From contig URII01000004.1 in assembly GCA_900547825.1 (NCBI GenBank), positions 5,416 to 69,415 on the forward strand: a DNA stretch of 64,000 nt. The letters run 5' to 3'. The DNA comes from an uncultured Porphyromonadaceae bacterium (lineage in GTDB: Bacteria > Bacteroidota > Bacteroidia > Bacteroidales > Muribaculaceae). Made by a program: the position numbers and the translations under genes. Shown piece by piece: positions 9,086 through 17,810 of this stretch (its first letter is position 1; every line of letters begins with the position of its first letter). The notes below the pieces were generated by a model. That model made no database searches. It was not told the DNA's origin and worked only from the letters and a program-made list of their open reading frames with translations.

Positions 9086-11719
9086 ATGGCTAAAAAAGTG
9101 GTTGAGACCCCGTTGATGAAGCAATATTTCGAGATGAAAGCCAAACATCCCGACGCCATATTGCTTTTCAGGGTAGGAGATTTTTACGAGACTTTCTCCG
9201 ACGACGCCATCGCATCGTCGGAGATTCTTGGTATAACGCTGACACGCCGTGCCAACGGATCGGCACAGCATGTGGAGCTCGCAGGCTTTCCACACCATGC
9301 CCTCGACACATATCTGCCTAAATTGGTAAGGGCCGGCAAACGTGTGGCGATATGTGAACAGCTCGAGGATCCCAAACTCACAAAAAAACTTGTGAAACGC
9401 GGCATCATAGAGCTGGTGACTCCGGGCGTGGCCATAAACGACAACATACTTGACCACAGACAGAACAACTTCCTCGCGGCCCTGCACTTCACAAAGGACC
9501 GCACGGGGATCAGCTTCCTTGACATATCCACCGGCGAATTCATAGCTGCCGAGGGCAACGACGACTATGTGGAGAAACTGCTCACACGTTTCGCCCCCAA
9601 GGAGGTGCTCGTGGAGCGCGGCAAACGGGGCGCTCTCGAAACCCGTATGCCGGGACGCTTTCTCGTGTCGGAACTCGACGACTGGATATTCACATCCACC
9701 GCCGCTATGGACAGGCTCCTGAAGCAATTCGAGACCGGGTCGCTTAAAGGGTTCGGCATCCACAAAATGGAACTTGCCGTTATAGCAGCAGGAGCCGTAC
9801 TCCATTATCTCGACATAACGAGCCACACCAGCATAGGGCACATCACATCGCTGTCGCGCATTGACGAGAATACCTATGTACGGCTCGACAATTTCACCAT
9901 CCGCAACCTCGAGCTTGTCAGCGCCATGGGCGAGGAGGGGCACAGCCTTCTGGATGTGATTGACCGCACAGTGACCCCGATGGGCGCCCGGATGCTGCGC
10001 AGATGGATACTGTTTCCGCTTATCGATGTGACCGCCATAAACCGGCGCCTTGATGTGGTGCAATACTTTTTCCGCGATCCCGACGAGCGTGAGGCCGTCA
10101 CCTCAGCCCTCCAGCAGGTAGGTGACCTTGAACGCCTGCTCGGCAAGGTGGCCACAGGGCGCATCTCGCCGCGGGAGGTAGGGCAACTCCGTAATTCGAT
10201 GGAAGCGCTCGTGCCGGTAAAGCAGATGTGCGGCAGCGCCGATGAGCCGGCACTCCGCGCGTTGGCCGACCAGATCAACACGTGCGATTCGCTGCGGAAC
10301 CGTCTTGCCGCCGAAATCGTCGATGATCCCCCCGGAGCACTCGGCCGTGGGCATGTGATACGCGAAGGAGTGGATCCGGAGCTTGACGAACTGCGCTCCA
10401 TAGCTTCTTCCGGAAAAGACTACCTGCTGAAAATCCAGGCCCGCGAAAGCGAGGCCACAGGCATATCGTCGCTCAAAGTAGGATTCAACAACGTGTTCGG
10501 GTATTATATAGAGGTGACCAACACCCACCGCGACAAAGTGCCCTCCGACTGGATACGCAAGCAGACTCTTGTCAACGCCGAGCGCTACATAACCCCCGAG
10601 CTGAAAGAATACGAGGAGAAAATACTCGGCGCTCAGGACAAGATCGACACGATAGAAGCCCGGCTGTTCAACTCGCTCATATCGGATATAGCACAATTCA
10701 TACCCACAATGCAGCTTGACGCATCGATGGTGGCGCGAATAGATGTATTGGCCTCATTCACCACCGCAGCCATCGAGAACCGCTACAACCGCCCGATAGT
10801 GGACGACTCACTGTCCATCGACATTGTCGAAGGGCGCCATCCGGTAATCGAAAAGCAGCTGCCTCCCGGCGAAAGCTATATAGCCAGCACCGTAAGGCTC
10901 GACAATGACCATACACAGGTTATGATGATAACCGGCCCTAACATGTCGGGTAAATCGGCACTCCTGCGCCTCACGGCCCTCAACACACTCATGGCGCAGA
11001 TAGGCTGTTTCGTAGCCGCCGATTCGGCGCGGATAGGTGTGGTCGACAAGATATTCACCCGTGTGGGGGCAAGCGACAACATATCGCTCGGCGAATCCAC
11101 ATTCATGGTAGAGATGATTGAAGCCGCCTCGATCCTCAACAACATGTCACGCCGCTCGCTTATCCTGTTCGACGAGCTGGGCCGCGGCACATCCACATTC
11201 GACGGCATTTCCATAGCCTGGGCCATCGTGGAGCATATCCACAACCACGGCGAGTCACATCCCAAGACCCTGTTTGCCACCCACTACCACGAACTTAACG
11301 AAATGGAAGGGCTGCTCGAGCGGATCGTAAACTACAATATCGCCGTGCGCGAGATCGACGGCAAGGTGGTGTTTCTGCGCAAACTTGAAAAAGGTGGTTC
11401 AGAACACAGTTTCGGCATACATGTGGCCAAACTCGCCGGAATGCCCCGCTCCATAGTGCGGCGCGCCGATGAGGTGCTGAAACGCTTGGAGGCAAACAGC
11501 GCGGGCGATGCGCTCACCCAACGTGAGAATGTGCGGCGCACCTTGGCCGACTCCAACCGACCGGCCGAAGCGGGCGTACAGCTGTCGTTTTTCCAGCTCG
11601 ACGACCCTGTGCTCGAAGATGTGCGCGACCAGATTCTTGGCATTGACATCAACAACCTCTCCCCTCTTGAGGCCCTCAACCGGCTCGCCCAGATAAAAGA
11701 AATAATCACCGGAAAATAA
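9086..11719 (+). CDS. mutS: DNA mismatch repair protein MutS
   Basis: 877 aa. N-terminal [30 protein letters not shown], Walker A GPNMSGKS, and FATHYHEL near the C-terminus. Confidence 0.97.
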   Translation: MAKKVVETPLMKQYFEMKAKHPDAILLFRVGDFYETFSDDAIASSEILGITLTRRANGSAQHVELAGFPHHALDTYLPKLVRAGKRVAICEQLEDPKLTKKLVKRGIIELVTPGVAINDNILDHRQNNFLAALHFTKDRTGISFLDISTGEFIAAEGNDDYVEKLLTRFAPKEVLVERGKRGALETRMPGRFLVSELDDWIFTSTAAMDRLLKQFETGSLKGFGIHKMELAVIAAGAVLHYLDITSHTSIGHITSLSRIDENTYVRLDNFTIRNLELVSAMGEEGHSLLDVIDRTVTPMGARMLRRWILFPLIDVTAINRRLDVVQYFFRDPDEREAVTSALQQVGDLERLLGKVATGRISPREVGQLRNSMEALVPVKQMCGSADEPALRALADQINTCDSLRNRLAAEIVDDPPGALGRGHVIREGVDPELDELRSIASSGKDYLLKIQARESEATGISSLKVGFNNVFGYYIEVTNTHRDKVPSDWIRKQTLVNAERYITPELKEYEEKILGAQDKIDTIEARLFNSLISDIAQFIPTMQLDASMVARIDVLASFTTAAIENRYNRPIVDDSLSIDIVEGRHPVIEKQLPPGESYIASTVRLDNDHTQVMMITGPNMSGKSALLRLTALNTLMAQIGCFVAADSARIGVVDKIFTRVGASDNISLGESTFMVEMIEAASILNNMSRRSLILFDELGRGTSTFDGISIAWAIVEHIHNHGESHPKTLFATHYHELNEMEGLLERIVNYNIAVREIDGKVVFLRKLEKGGSEHSFGIHVAKLAGMPRSIVRRADEVLKRLEANSAGDALTQRENVRRTLADSNRPAEAGVQLSFFQLDDPVLEDVRDQILGIDINNLSPLEALNRLAQIKEIITGK

Positions 11720-11723
11720 ATTT

Positions 11724-11757
11724 CCACCACAGAAACTACCAACAGTCTCTGTGGTGG
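11724..11757. terminator. Hairpin between convergent mutS and the small lipoprotein gene
   Basis: 10-bp stem CCACCACAGA / TCTGTGGTGG. A second weaker hairpin follows at about 11773-11810. Confidence 0.55.
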
Positions 11758-11853
11758 TATAAAACGAAAAAGCTGCCACATGCGGAACTATCATCCGTCA
11801 ATGTGGTAGCTATTTCTCTTCGTTAGAAGCGGTTGCTTTCTATCGAACCCTGA

Positions 11854-12054
11854 TTATTTTACAGAGTCAGCGGGAGCGGCAACAGAGTCAGCGGGAGCGA
11901 CAACAGAGTCAACAACTTCCTCAACTACTGTCTCAACAACAGTTGCTGAATCAAGAGCAGCTGAATCAGCAGCCTCAGCTTTCTTGTCAGAGCTGCCACA
12001 TGAGAAAAGAGATGCGCTGAAAGCAACAGCGAGCAGTAAAACTAACTTTTTCAT
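11854..12054 (-). CDS. Small acidic repeat lipoprotein
   Basis: I moved the start to the internal ATG at 12052-12054, which gives MKKLVLLLAVAFSASLFSCGSS (lipobox). The A/D/S/V-rich mature part ends in APADSV heptad repeats. A promoter box lies 54 nt upstream. Confidence 0.6.
   Translation of the reverse strand: MKKLVLLLAVAFSASLFSCGSSDKKAEAADSAALDSATVVETVVEEVVDSVVAPADSVAAPADSVK
11861..11911. repeat. 21-bp tandem repeat, about 2.4 copies, in frame inside the lipoprotein gene
   Basis: ACAGAGTCAGCGGGAGCGGCA / ACAGAGTCAGCGGGAGCGACA / ACAGAGTCA, read directly. Confidence 0.9.
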
Positions 12055-12107
12055 TTTCGATAAGTAATTAAATAATAAAACAATTTTGTTTAGCTTCAAA
12101 AACACCG

Positions 12108-12115
12108 CAAAGGTA
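12108..12115 (-). promoter_or_regulatory. -7 promoter box (TACCTTTG on the minus strand)
   Basis: Plus-strand CAAAGGTA, upstream of the lipoprotein start at 12054. Confidence 0.45.
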
Positions 12116-12237
12116 ATACAAAAAACTAACCCGCCAAACTTTTTTTAGGATTTTTTTTGTGGCCCAATATGAACTGATAAAATAATCTTAAATTTTGTAG
12201 ATTTTTTGCTCACCCTTTAACGTTTCGTGCAATATTT

Positions 12238-13941
12238 TCAGGCCTCACTGCGTATCTGCGCCACCAAGGCATTGGCCGTGGCCACAGCTTTAGTGATATG
12301 GTCGCAGATATGGTCCTCGCCAAGAAGACGGCTTACGCCGGCTGCCTCTAATGAGTGGCGCACATTGTCGTTGACTCCCGACAGCACCACGTGGATCCCC
12401 TCGCTTTGCGACGACTTAATGAGAATCTCAAGGTTATGTATGGCCGTGGAGTCAATAAACGGCACCTTGCGCATGCGGATAATGCGCACCAGCGGCTTAT
12501 CGGCCAAAGTGGAACGCATCATCTCGTCAAACTTGGTGGCCACGCCGAAAAAGAACGGCCCGTCGATCTCATACACCGACACACCTTTAACAACGTCGAG
12601 CACTTCATGCACAGTGAGGTCGGTGCCTTCGGCTGCATCAAGCTGATCGCCATACACCTTTATGGAGGTGTTCTCCATAACGCGGCGCAGGAACAGGATC
12701 ACGGCAAGCAGCAAGCCGATCTCTATGGCTATGGTGAGGTCGAATATCACCGTGAGCAGGAATGTGACCACAAGCACGGATATGTCGCTCCCGGGATTAT
12801 GGAATATGGCCCGGATAGTGCGCCAGCCGCTCATGTTGTAAGCCACCACGATAAGCACAGCCGCGAGACAGGCCATAGGTATCTCGTTGATCAGCGGCAT
12901 AAGGAAAAGGAATATCAGCAGCAACACAAACGTATGCACTATGCCGGCCACAGGCGTACGGCCTCCGTTGGATATATTGGTCATGGTGCGGGCTATGGCG
13001 CCGGTAACAGGTATTCCGCCGAAGAAAGGCACCACGATATTGGCCACCCCCTGCCCTATCAGTTCGGTGTTGCTGTTGGTGCGCGAACCCGTCACACCAT
13101 CGGCCACCGTGGCCGAGAGCAACGATTCTATGGCTCCGAGTATGGCGATTGTGAATGCGGATGGTAGCAGCATATTTATGGTAGCCATGTTAAGCGCGAA
13201 ACCGTGAGGTTGAGGAATATCAGTGGGCAAATTGCCGAACCGGTCACCTATTGTTTCCACCACACCGTGGCCCGTCACACATTTAATTATATATACAGCA
13301 GCCGTTACCACTATTATGGCGAGGAGTGCCCCCGGAATTTTCTTGGATATGTAACGCGAACCGATTATCACCACAAGCGAGCCGACACCTACAAGCAGCG
13401 TAGGCCAGTCCACGGAACCGAAATTATTGATATACATCCACCATTTAGGCAGAAACTCACTCGGAATATTGCGCAGGCCAAGGCCGAAAAAGTCATTTAT
13501 CTGCGTGGAGAATATGGTAAGCGCGATACCGGCTGTGAACCCCACCACAATAGGATACGGTATGAACTTTATCACCGTGCCGAGATGGAACAACCCGAGC
13601 ATGACCAGTATCAGACCGGCCATGAGCGTGGCCACAGCCAATCCCTCCAAACCGTAAGTGGCTATTATGTTGTAGACTATTACTATGAACGCTCCTGTGG
13701 GGCCTCCGATCTGCACACTGTTGCCTCCGAGAGCCGACACGAGGAAACCACCTATGATGGCAGTTACGAGTCCCACCGTAGGACTTACGCCACTCGCTAT
13801 GGCGAACGCTATGGCAAGCGGCAGAGCCACTATGCCCACCACCACTCCGGCAGTCAGGTCATCCTTGAATTTAGAAAACGAATAATGCCGCAGGGCCGAA
13901 ACGAGCTTCGGCCTGAAATCAACTGCTCCTGAAAATGTCAT
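12238..13941 (-). CDS. SulP family inorganic anion transporter with C-terminal STAS domain
   Basis: I moved the start to ATG 13939-13941 (MTFSGAVDFRPKLVSAL...). The multi-pass hydrophobic core carries AGVVVGIVALPLAIAFAIASG. The C-terminal STAS-like part reads VYEIDGPFFFGVATKF...VPFIDSTAIHNLE. Confidence 0.9.
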   Translation of the reverse strand: MTFSGAVDFRPKLVSALRHYSFSKFKDDLTAGVVVGIVALPLAIAFAIASGVSPTVGLVTAIIGGFLVSALGGNSVQIGGPTGAFIVIVYNIIATYGLEGLAVATLMAGLILVMLGLFHLGTVIKFIPYPIVVGFTAGIALTIFSTQINDFFGLGLRNIPSEFLPKWWMYINNFGSVDWPTLLVGVGSLVVIIGSRYISKKIPGALLAIIVVTAAVYIIKCVTGHGVVETIGDRFGNLPTDIPQPHGFALNMATINMLLPSAFTIAILGAIESLLSATVADGVTGSRTNSNTELIGQGVANIVVPFFGGIPVTGAIARTMTNISNGGRTPVAGIVHTFVLLLIFLFLMPLINEIPMACLAAVLIVVAYNMSGWRTIRAIFHNPGSDISVLVVTFLLTVIFDLTIAIEIGLLLAVILFLRRVMENTSIKVYGDQLDAAEGTDLTVHEVLDVVKGVSVYEIDGPFFFGVATKFDEMMRSTLADKPLVRIIRMRKVPFIDSTAIHNLEILIKSSQSEGIHVVLSGVNDNVRHSLEAAGVSRLLGEDHICDHITKAVATANALVAQIRSEA

Positions 13942-14051
13942 ATTATATATAATGTGATTTGATTGTAGACTTAAAAACAGAATGAGCCGTGCTGGCGTAC
14001 GTGCATGGCTCATGGTATAGCGCGGGGCCTCCCCCGTCAAATTTCAGGCTG

Positions 14052-14072
14052 CAAAGTTAAGCAATTATCCCG
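14052..14072. repeat. Left copy of the imperfect direct repeat flanking the AT-rich insert (CAAAGTTAAGCAATTATCCCG)
   Basis: Compare 21886-21904, CAAAGTTAATCATTTCCCG: 18 matching positions, with the first 9 identical. Its first 8 nt also read as a minus-strand TAACTTTG -7 box upstream of the SulP gene. Confidence 0.5.
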
Positions 14073-14148
14073 ACCCGTCAAAATCCCTAAAACTCCCTGC
14101 CCGGCAATTAACACACAAGCATCATATATGGCTATGCAGTCCGTAAAA

Positions 14149-15210
14149 CTACTCTTTTCCTACTGATGGTATTTCCCACCAGCCGTTGCGGCGCCCGTTA
14201 CGGCGAATGATAATGCCGCGCGCCGCGAGAGAGGAGGTGATTCGTTTTACAGTGGCTGTTGATTTCTTTATTCCTTTTGCAAGTTCCATTTGGGTGATTT
14301 TGGAATTGGCTGTTATCAACCGCAGAACCGACAGTTCTTCCAAAGTACAGTTCAAAGTATCAAATTGAGACTTTGAATCATCAGTAGTGATACTTTGAAT
14401 ATTCGAATCACCGGCACTTACAAGCATTGAGCGGTTGCTTAGTTCATTTGACTCACCAAGAATCACGTTACGGAGGAATAGTTCAACAAACTCGGTTGTA
14501 GGCTGAATATTCAGTCCTTTATAGGATGCACGGACAAGAGCGTTGCGGAAATACCATGAATGACGCTTGAACATCTCGTTTGAAGCTTGTACGCCCATAG
14601 AGCGCAGATACTTTATCAAGAAGACAGCCGTAGTGCGTGTGTTCCCCTCCCTGAAAGGGTGTATTTGCCAAAGGTCGGCAACAAAGCCGGAAATATGCCG
14701 TATTATTTCATTGATTTGCAGCCCGGTATAATCAAATCCCTTTTCCTTGTCAAGATCATACTCAATCGCCTCCCGAAGATTGAAAGCCGGTTGATAACTG
14801 ACGGACGCATCGCCTCCCAATACCCATTCTTTCTTCGAGATATCCACGTCGCGGATCTTGCCCGCAAACTTGAATATCCCCTCAAATATACGTTTATGAA
14901 TCGTAGTGAGTCCCACCACGGAGAAAGCAAACGAGGGTTCATTGATGATTTTCGCTATATTGCTGCTTGCCACGTCGGCCTCTTCATCAACGGCATCATG
15001 AGCCGATTTTGACTGATAATACTGTCTGATAAGAGCCCGCGCCTCATCAATGCTCACATCGCCTTCGATATGGCGGCGTGCGGTTTCGACAAGATAAGGC
15101 GACACCTTCAACCCATCGACATCCTGCAAGCCAATAGCCGTCTGCCAAGCGTCAGCCTTCTCCCGCTGCCCCAGTTCACCATGCACTATATACTCATCAA
15201 ATTCGCTCAT
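14149..15210 (-). CDS. Fic family protein with C-terminal winged-helix domain (non-canonical Fic motif)
   Basis: 353 aa. The Fic motif region reads IHPFREGNTRTTA. The C-terminus SVLRLITANSKITQMELAKGIKKSTATVKRITSSLAARGIIIRRNGRRNGWWEI is wHTH-like. Confidence 0.85.
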   Translation of the reverse strand: MSEFDEYIVHGELGQREKADAWQTAIGLQDVDGLKVSPYLVETARRHIEGDVSIDEARALIRQYYQSKSAHDAVDEEADVASSNIAKIINEPSFAFSVVGLTTIHKRIFEGIFKFAGKIRDVDISKKEWVLGGDASVSYQPAFNLREAIEYDLDKEKGFDYTGLQINEIIRHISGFVADLWQIHPFREGNTRTTAVFLIKYLRSMGVQASNEMFKRHSWYFRNALVRASYKGLNIQPTTEFVELFLRNVILGESNELSNRSMLVSAGDSNIQSITTDDSKSQFDTLNCTLEELSVLRLITANSKITQMELAKGIKKSTATVKRITSSLAARGIIIRRNGRRNGWWEIPSVGKE

Positions 15211-15226
15211 ATTCCTTTTGGTATAT

Positions 15227-15967
15227 TTATTTGCAATTCACTTTCCAATAGCCTGATTTATTGCTTCCGACGCGCTGCACCAATTCTTGTTCTTTCAGTG
15301 AACTGATAATTTTTCTGACAGCACGGTCCGTAATTCCAATTTCTTTGGCTATTGCGGATGCTGTGAGGTTAGGTCTTTTCAGCAATAGGTCAAGAACATT
15401 AGATTCTGATTTATTAGGAACTTTGTGAGGAACTTTATTAGGAACTTTTTCCGTTTCCTTATGCTTTTCAAGTGTGTCACGGATTTCTGTCAGCATAAAG
15501 TCAATGAACGGTCCCGATTGTCCGGCGGCAGTGGAAACGGCAATTGCATCATAGTATCGTTGTTGATTGGAGAAAACCATATTTTCCACCGGTAGATGTT
15601 CAAAAACGGGATTAAGCCTACCCAATATAAGTGATTGCCATAATCTCCCGGTACGTCCGTTGCCATCGCTGAACGGATGGATAAAGCTGTAAAGTTCATA
15701 CGCCTTGATTGCATTCCTCACCTCCTGAATCTGACGTATCGGGGCAACTACATTCTTGCCGTTGATAATATCGGCTACCTCATCTTCCGACAACGTATTG
15801 CCCTCAATGGCAAGAGAACTATGGATAGTCTTGATACGATTCGCCTTGCGCAGACGCAATCCGTCCTCATTTTCAAGAGCGATGGCATACCGCTCAAGCA
15901 GAGCCGAAATCTCAGCAATGAGATTGATTGCCAGTGGTGAAACTGTAAATGGAGGTGCTTGCATCAT
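15227..15967 (-). CDS. Short Fic family protein with C-terminal wHTH, probably carrying an internal deletion
   Basis: 246 aa. The inhibitory-helix motif SLAIEG (aa 51-56) and the canonical HPFSDGNGRTGR (from aa 97) are only about 40 aa apart. The C-terminal wHTH reads LTASAIAKEIGITDRAVRKIISSLKEQELVQRVGSNKSGYWKV. Confidence 0.75.
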   Translation of the reverse strand: MMQAPPFTVSPLAINLIAEISALLERYAIALENEDGLRLRKANRIKTIHSSLAIEGNTLSEDEVADIINGKNVVAPIRQIQEVRNAIKAYELYSFIHPFSDGNGRTGRLWQSLILGRLNPVFEHLPVENMVFSNQQRYYDAIAVSTAAGQSGPFIDFMLTEIRDTLEKHKETEKVPNKVPHKVPNKSESNVLDLLLKRPNLTASAIAKEIGITDRAVRKIISSLKEQELVQRVGSNKSGYWKVNCK

Positions 15968-15969
15968 AA

Positions 15970-16119
15970 CTAAGGGTTAGTATAAATGTGATGGTTGTCG
16001 ATATTGAGAAACGCACACGCCGAATGCATACCGTCTTTCAACTCGTCGGTAATCTTCTTCAGTTCCAAAGTCCGCGATTCGTCCTCCGCAATCAATGCCT
16101 TTATATCATCAATAGTCAT
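15970..16119 (-). pseudogene. 49-codon stub of an AlbA_2-type (Schlafen/AlbA_2 DNA-binding, ATP-binding-protein family) gene
   Basis: My own translation is MTIDDIKALIAEDESRTLELKKITDELKDGMHSACAFLNIDNHHIYTNP*. It matches the usual N-terminus of the about 400-500-aa Bacteroides AlbA_2/HATPase_c_4 proteins and then stops. Below the 60-aa cut-off of the ORF track. Confidence 0.5.
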
Positions 16120-17798
16120 CCTGCTAATTCTTTGATAAAGTCGTTAATTATTTCAGGAGATTTAAGTTCATATCGACTCATCAAGAAAACCGAAAATGAA
16201 ATATCTTGACAATGTAAAAGTTCCGTAAAAGTATAACTATACCCAGACAAACGTTTTTGACAATAAGCATGGTAATTTTTAATCTCAGAAAAAATATCGA
16301 TCATACCACTCTTGATTAAGTCTGACGCTAATATAAATGTATCCATATCCAATACAGTAATGGGATGAGTAATGGTATTCAATTCATCCTTTATAGCCTC
16401 ATTTAGAAGTCGATTGAATCCATCTGAAGAAAAATTGTAATCATCACACAAAAGTATTGGGTATACTTCAAGATTTTCTAAATTGATTTCGTCCCAAAGA
16501 AATTGATGTTTCTCTATTCTATCGCAATTTCTAAGAAGTTGGCCCGTGCCATGATTTCCAATTAAACTCTTATAAACTACCTTCGCGCACTCGGATGGAT
16601 TTAATATAGCCTCTTGGCTAATCATCATTCCTTTACATTCAAATAATAAAATTTTATTGTCTTTTCTAAAATATCCATCTGGAGGCGAATTTGTCAGGCT
16701 TTCAAAAGAGCATTTCCCATATGAGGGCAACAGTTTATACATTTGCTTCGCATACTTGATTCGGTTATGACAATCTGTATCTGTCAATAAAAGTCCCTCC
16801 TTACAGAATGTATATTCCAACAAACCAGTAAATAGAAAATTCTGAATAAATTCAGTTGTGAATGCTACCTGAAAATTTTTAAATACACCTGTCTCCGAAT
16901 TTATTTTAGAGAGCGCAAAACGAAAGTGTAAGTAAAACAAGTTACTTACAAACACATTCGATATCACCCCATAATGATAATTGCGTAACTTTACAAAAGG
17001 CTTATTCTTAAATGCAGTATAATCAACATTCTCTTTTAGTGAGACTATTTCCTCCAATGTTAGTGATATTCTATCTAAAAAATCCGTCATATATCCTTTG
17101 GAGTGAAACCTAAAAATGACATTCGTTTTGCGCGGCTCAAAAGGTATATCTTTAGTAAGATAATCAATTATATTAATATAATCCGCAAAAGATGAGAGAT
17201 TATGTGTGTTTAGAAAGGTATCACGCAATTTTCGCCACTTGTCAGAAGATGTATTGAAAAAACGATTAAGCATGAGTGCTCTATAAAATGTTGAGTATAA
17301 GCTTATCCTTGGGTCTATTTCATATTTTTTTGACCTGATATGTTTGTAAAATTTATCACCCGACTTATCTTTGAATCTTGGATTATTTTTTAATAATTCA
17401 CTATTTATCTTCAGAATAGCAAGTAACAACGCAAAGTTAATCTCAAAGATATTTCTTGGACTTTTGAAATCTTTTGGAGAAATGCTGTATGCGTTTTTAA
17501 GGAGTTCTAAACCTGTTTGAACATTAGTCAATTCAAGTTCATATTCTGCATTATGAATTGGTCTGTTCAATAGCTGTTCTATAATATCTGGTGGTAATGT
17601 TGTTTCAAAACCAAGATTATGGATAGTTTCATCAGCAGGAATATCCTTTGTCGTATTCGATAATAGCAGTCCAATACGAATAGCATGCTCACGTGGTACA
17701 TACTTCAGTAAATCTTTAGCATCCATTTCTAATGGTTTATCGCCAAAGACATCATCGAAGTTTAAGAGTAGTTTATCAACGATTTCCATACAAATCAA
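16116..17798 (-). CDS. Uncharacterised 560-aa protein with a C-terminal PD-(D/E)xK nuclease-like motif, in an operon with the R-M-S enzyme
   Basis: Long AT-rich ORF 12 nt downstream of 17811-21668 on the same strand. Residues about 372-420 read PPDGYFRKDNKILLFECKG...GTGQLLRN (D374, E387, K389, Q420 by my count). I recognise no family for the first about 365 aa. An alternative start is the ATG at 17789. Confidence 0.8.
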   Translation of the reverse strand: MICMEIVDKLLLNFDDVFGDKPLEMDAKDLLKYVPREHAIRIGLLLSNTTKDIPADETIHNLGFETTLPPDIIEQLLNRPIHNAEYELELTNVQTGLELLKNAYSISPKDFKSPRNIFEINFALLLAILKINSELLKNNPRFKDKSGDKFYKHIRSKKYEIDPRISLYSTFYRALMLNRFFNTSSDKWRKLRDTFLNTHNLSSFADYINIIDYLTKDIPFEPRKTNVIFRFHSKGYMTDFLDRISLTLEEIVSLKENVDYTAFKNKPFVKLRNYHYGVISNVFVSNLFYLHFRFALSKINSETGVFKNFQVAFTTEFIQNFLFTGLLEYTFCKEGLLLTDTDCHNRIKYAKQMYKLLPSYGKCSFESLTNSPPDGYFRKDNKILLFECKGMMISQEAILNPSECAKVVYKSLIGNHGTGQLLRNCDRIEKHQFLWDEINLENLEVYPILLCDDYNFSSDGFNRLLNEAIKDELNTITHPITVLDMDTFILASDLIKSGMIDIFSEIKNYHAYCQKRLSGYSYTFTELLHCQDISFSVFLMSRYELKSPEIINDFIKELAG

Positions 17799-17810
17799 GA
17801 CTAAACATAT

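Noticed and set aside
9074-10696. Minus-strand ORFs of 329, 197, 175 and 124 aa.
   Set aside because: They are antisense shadows inside mutS, whose plus-strand frame has all the diagnostic motifs.
11861-11911. A tandem repeat considered as a possible CRISPR or minisatellite.
   Set aside because: There are only about 2.4 directly adjacent 21-bp copies with no spacers, in frame inside a small lipoprotein gene. It is not a CRISPR array.
12355-13932. Plus-strand ORFs of 270, 242 and 106 aa.
   Set aside because: They are antisense to the SulP transporter gene. The H/R/Y/G-rich translations have no membrane or enzymatic features.
13942-14040. The longer 600-aa version of the SulP ORF starting at 14040.
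   Set aside because: The extra 33 residues (MTGEAPRYTMSHARTPARLILFLSLQSNHIIYN) are not part of SulP proteins. The internal ATG at 13941 gives the usual N-terminus.
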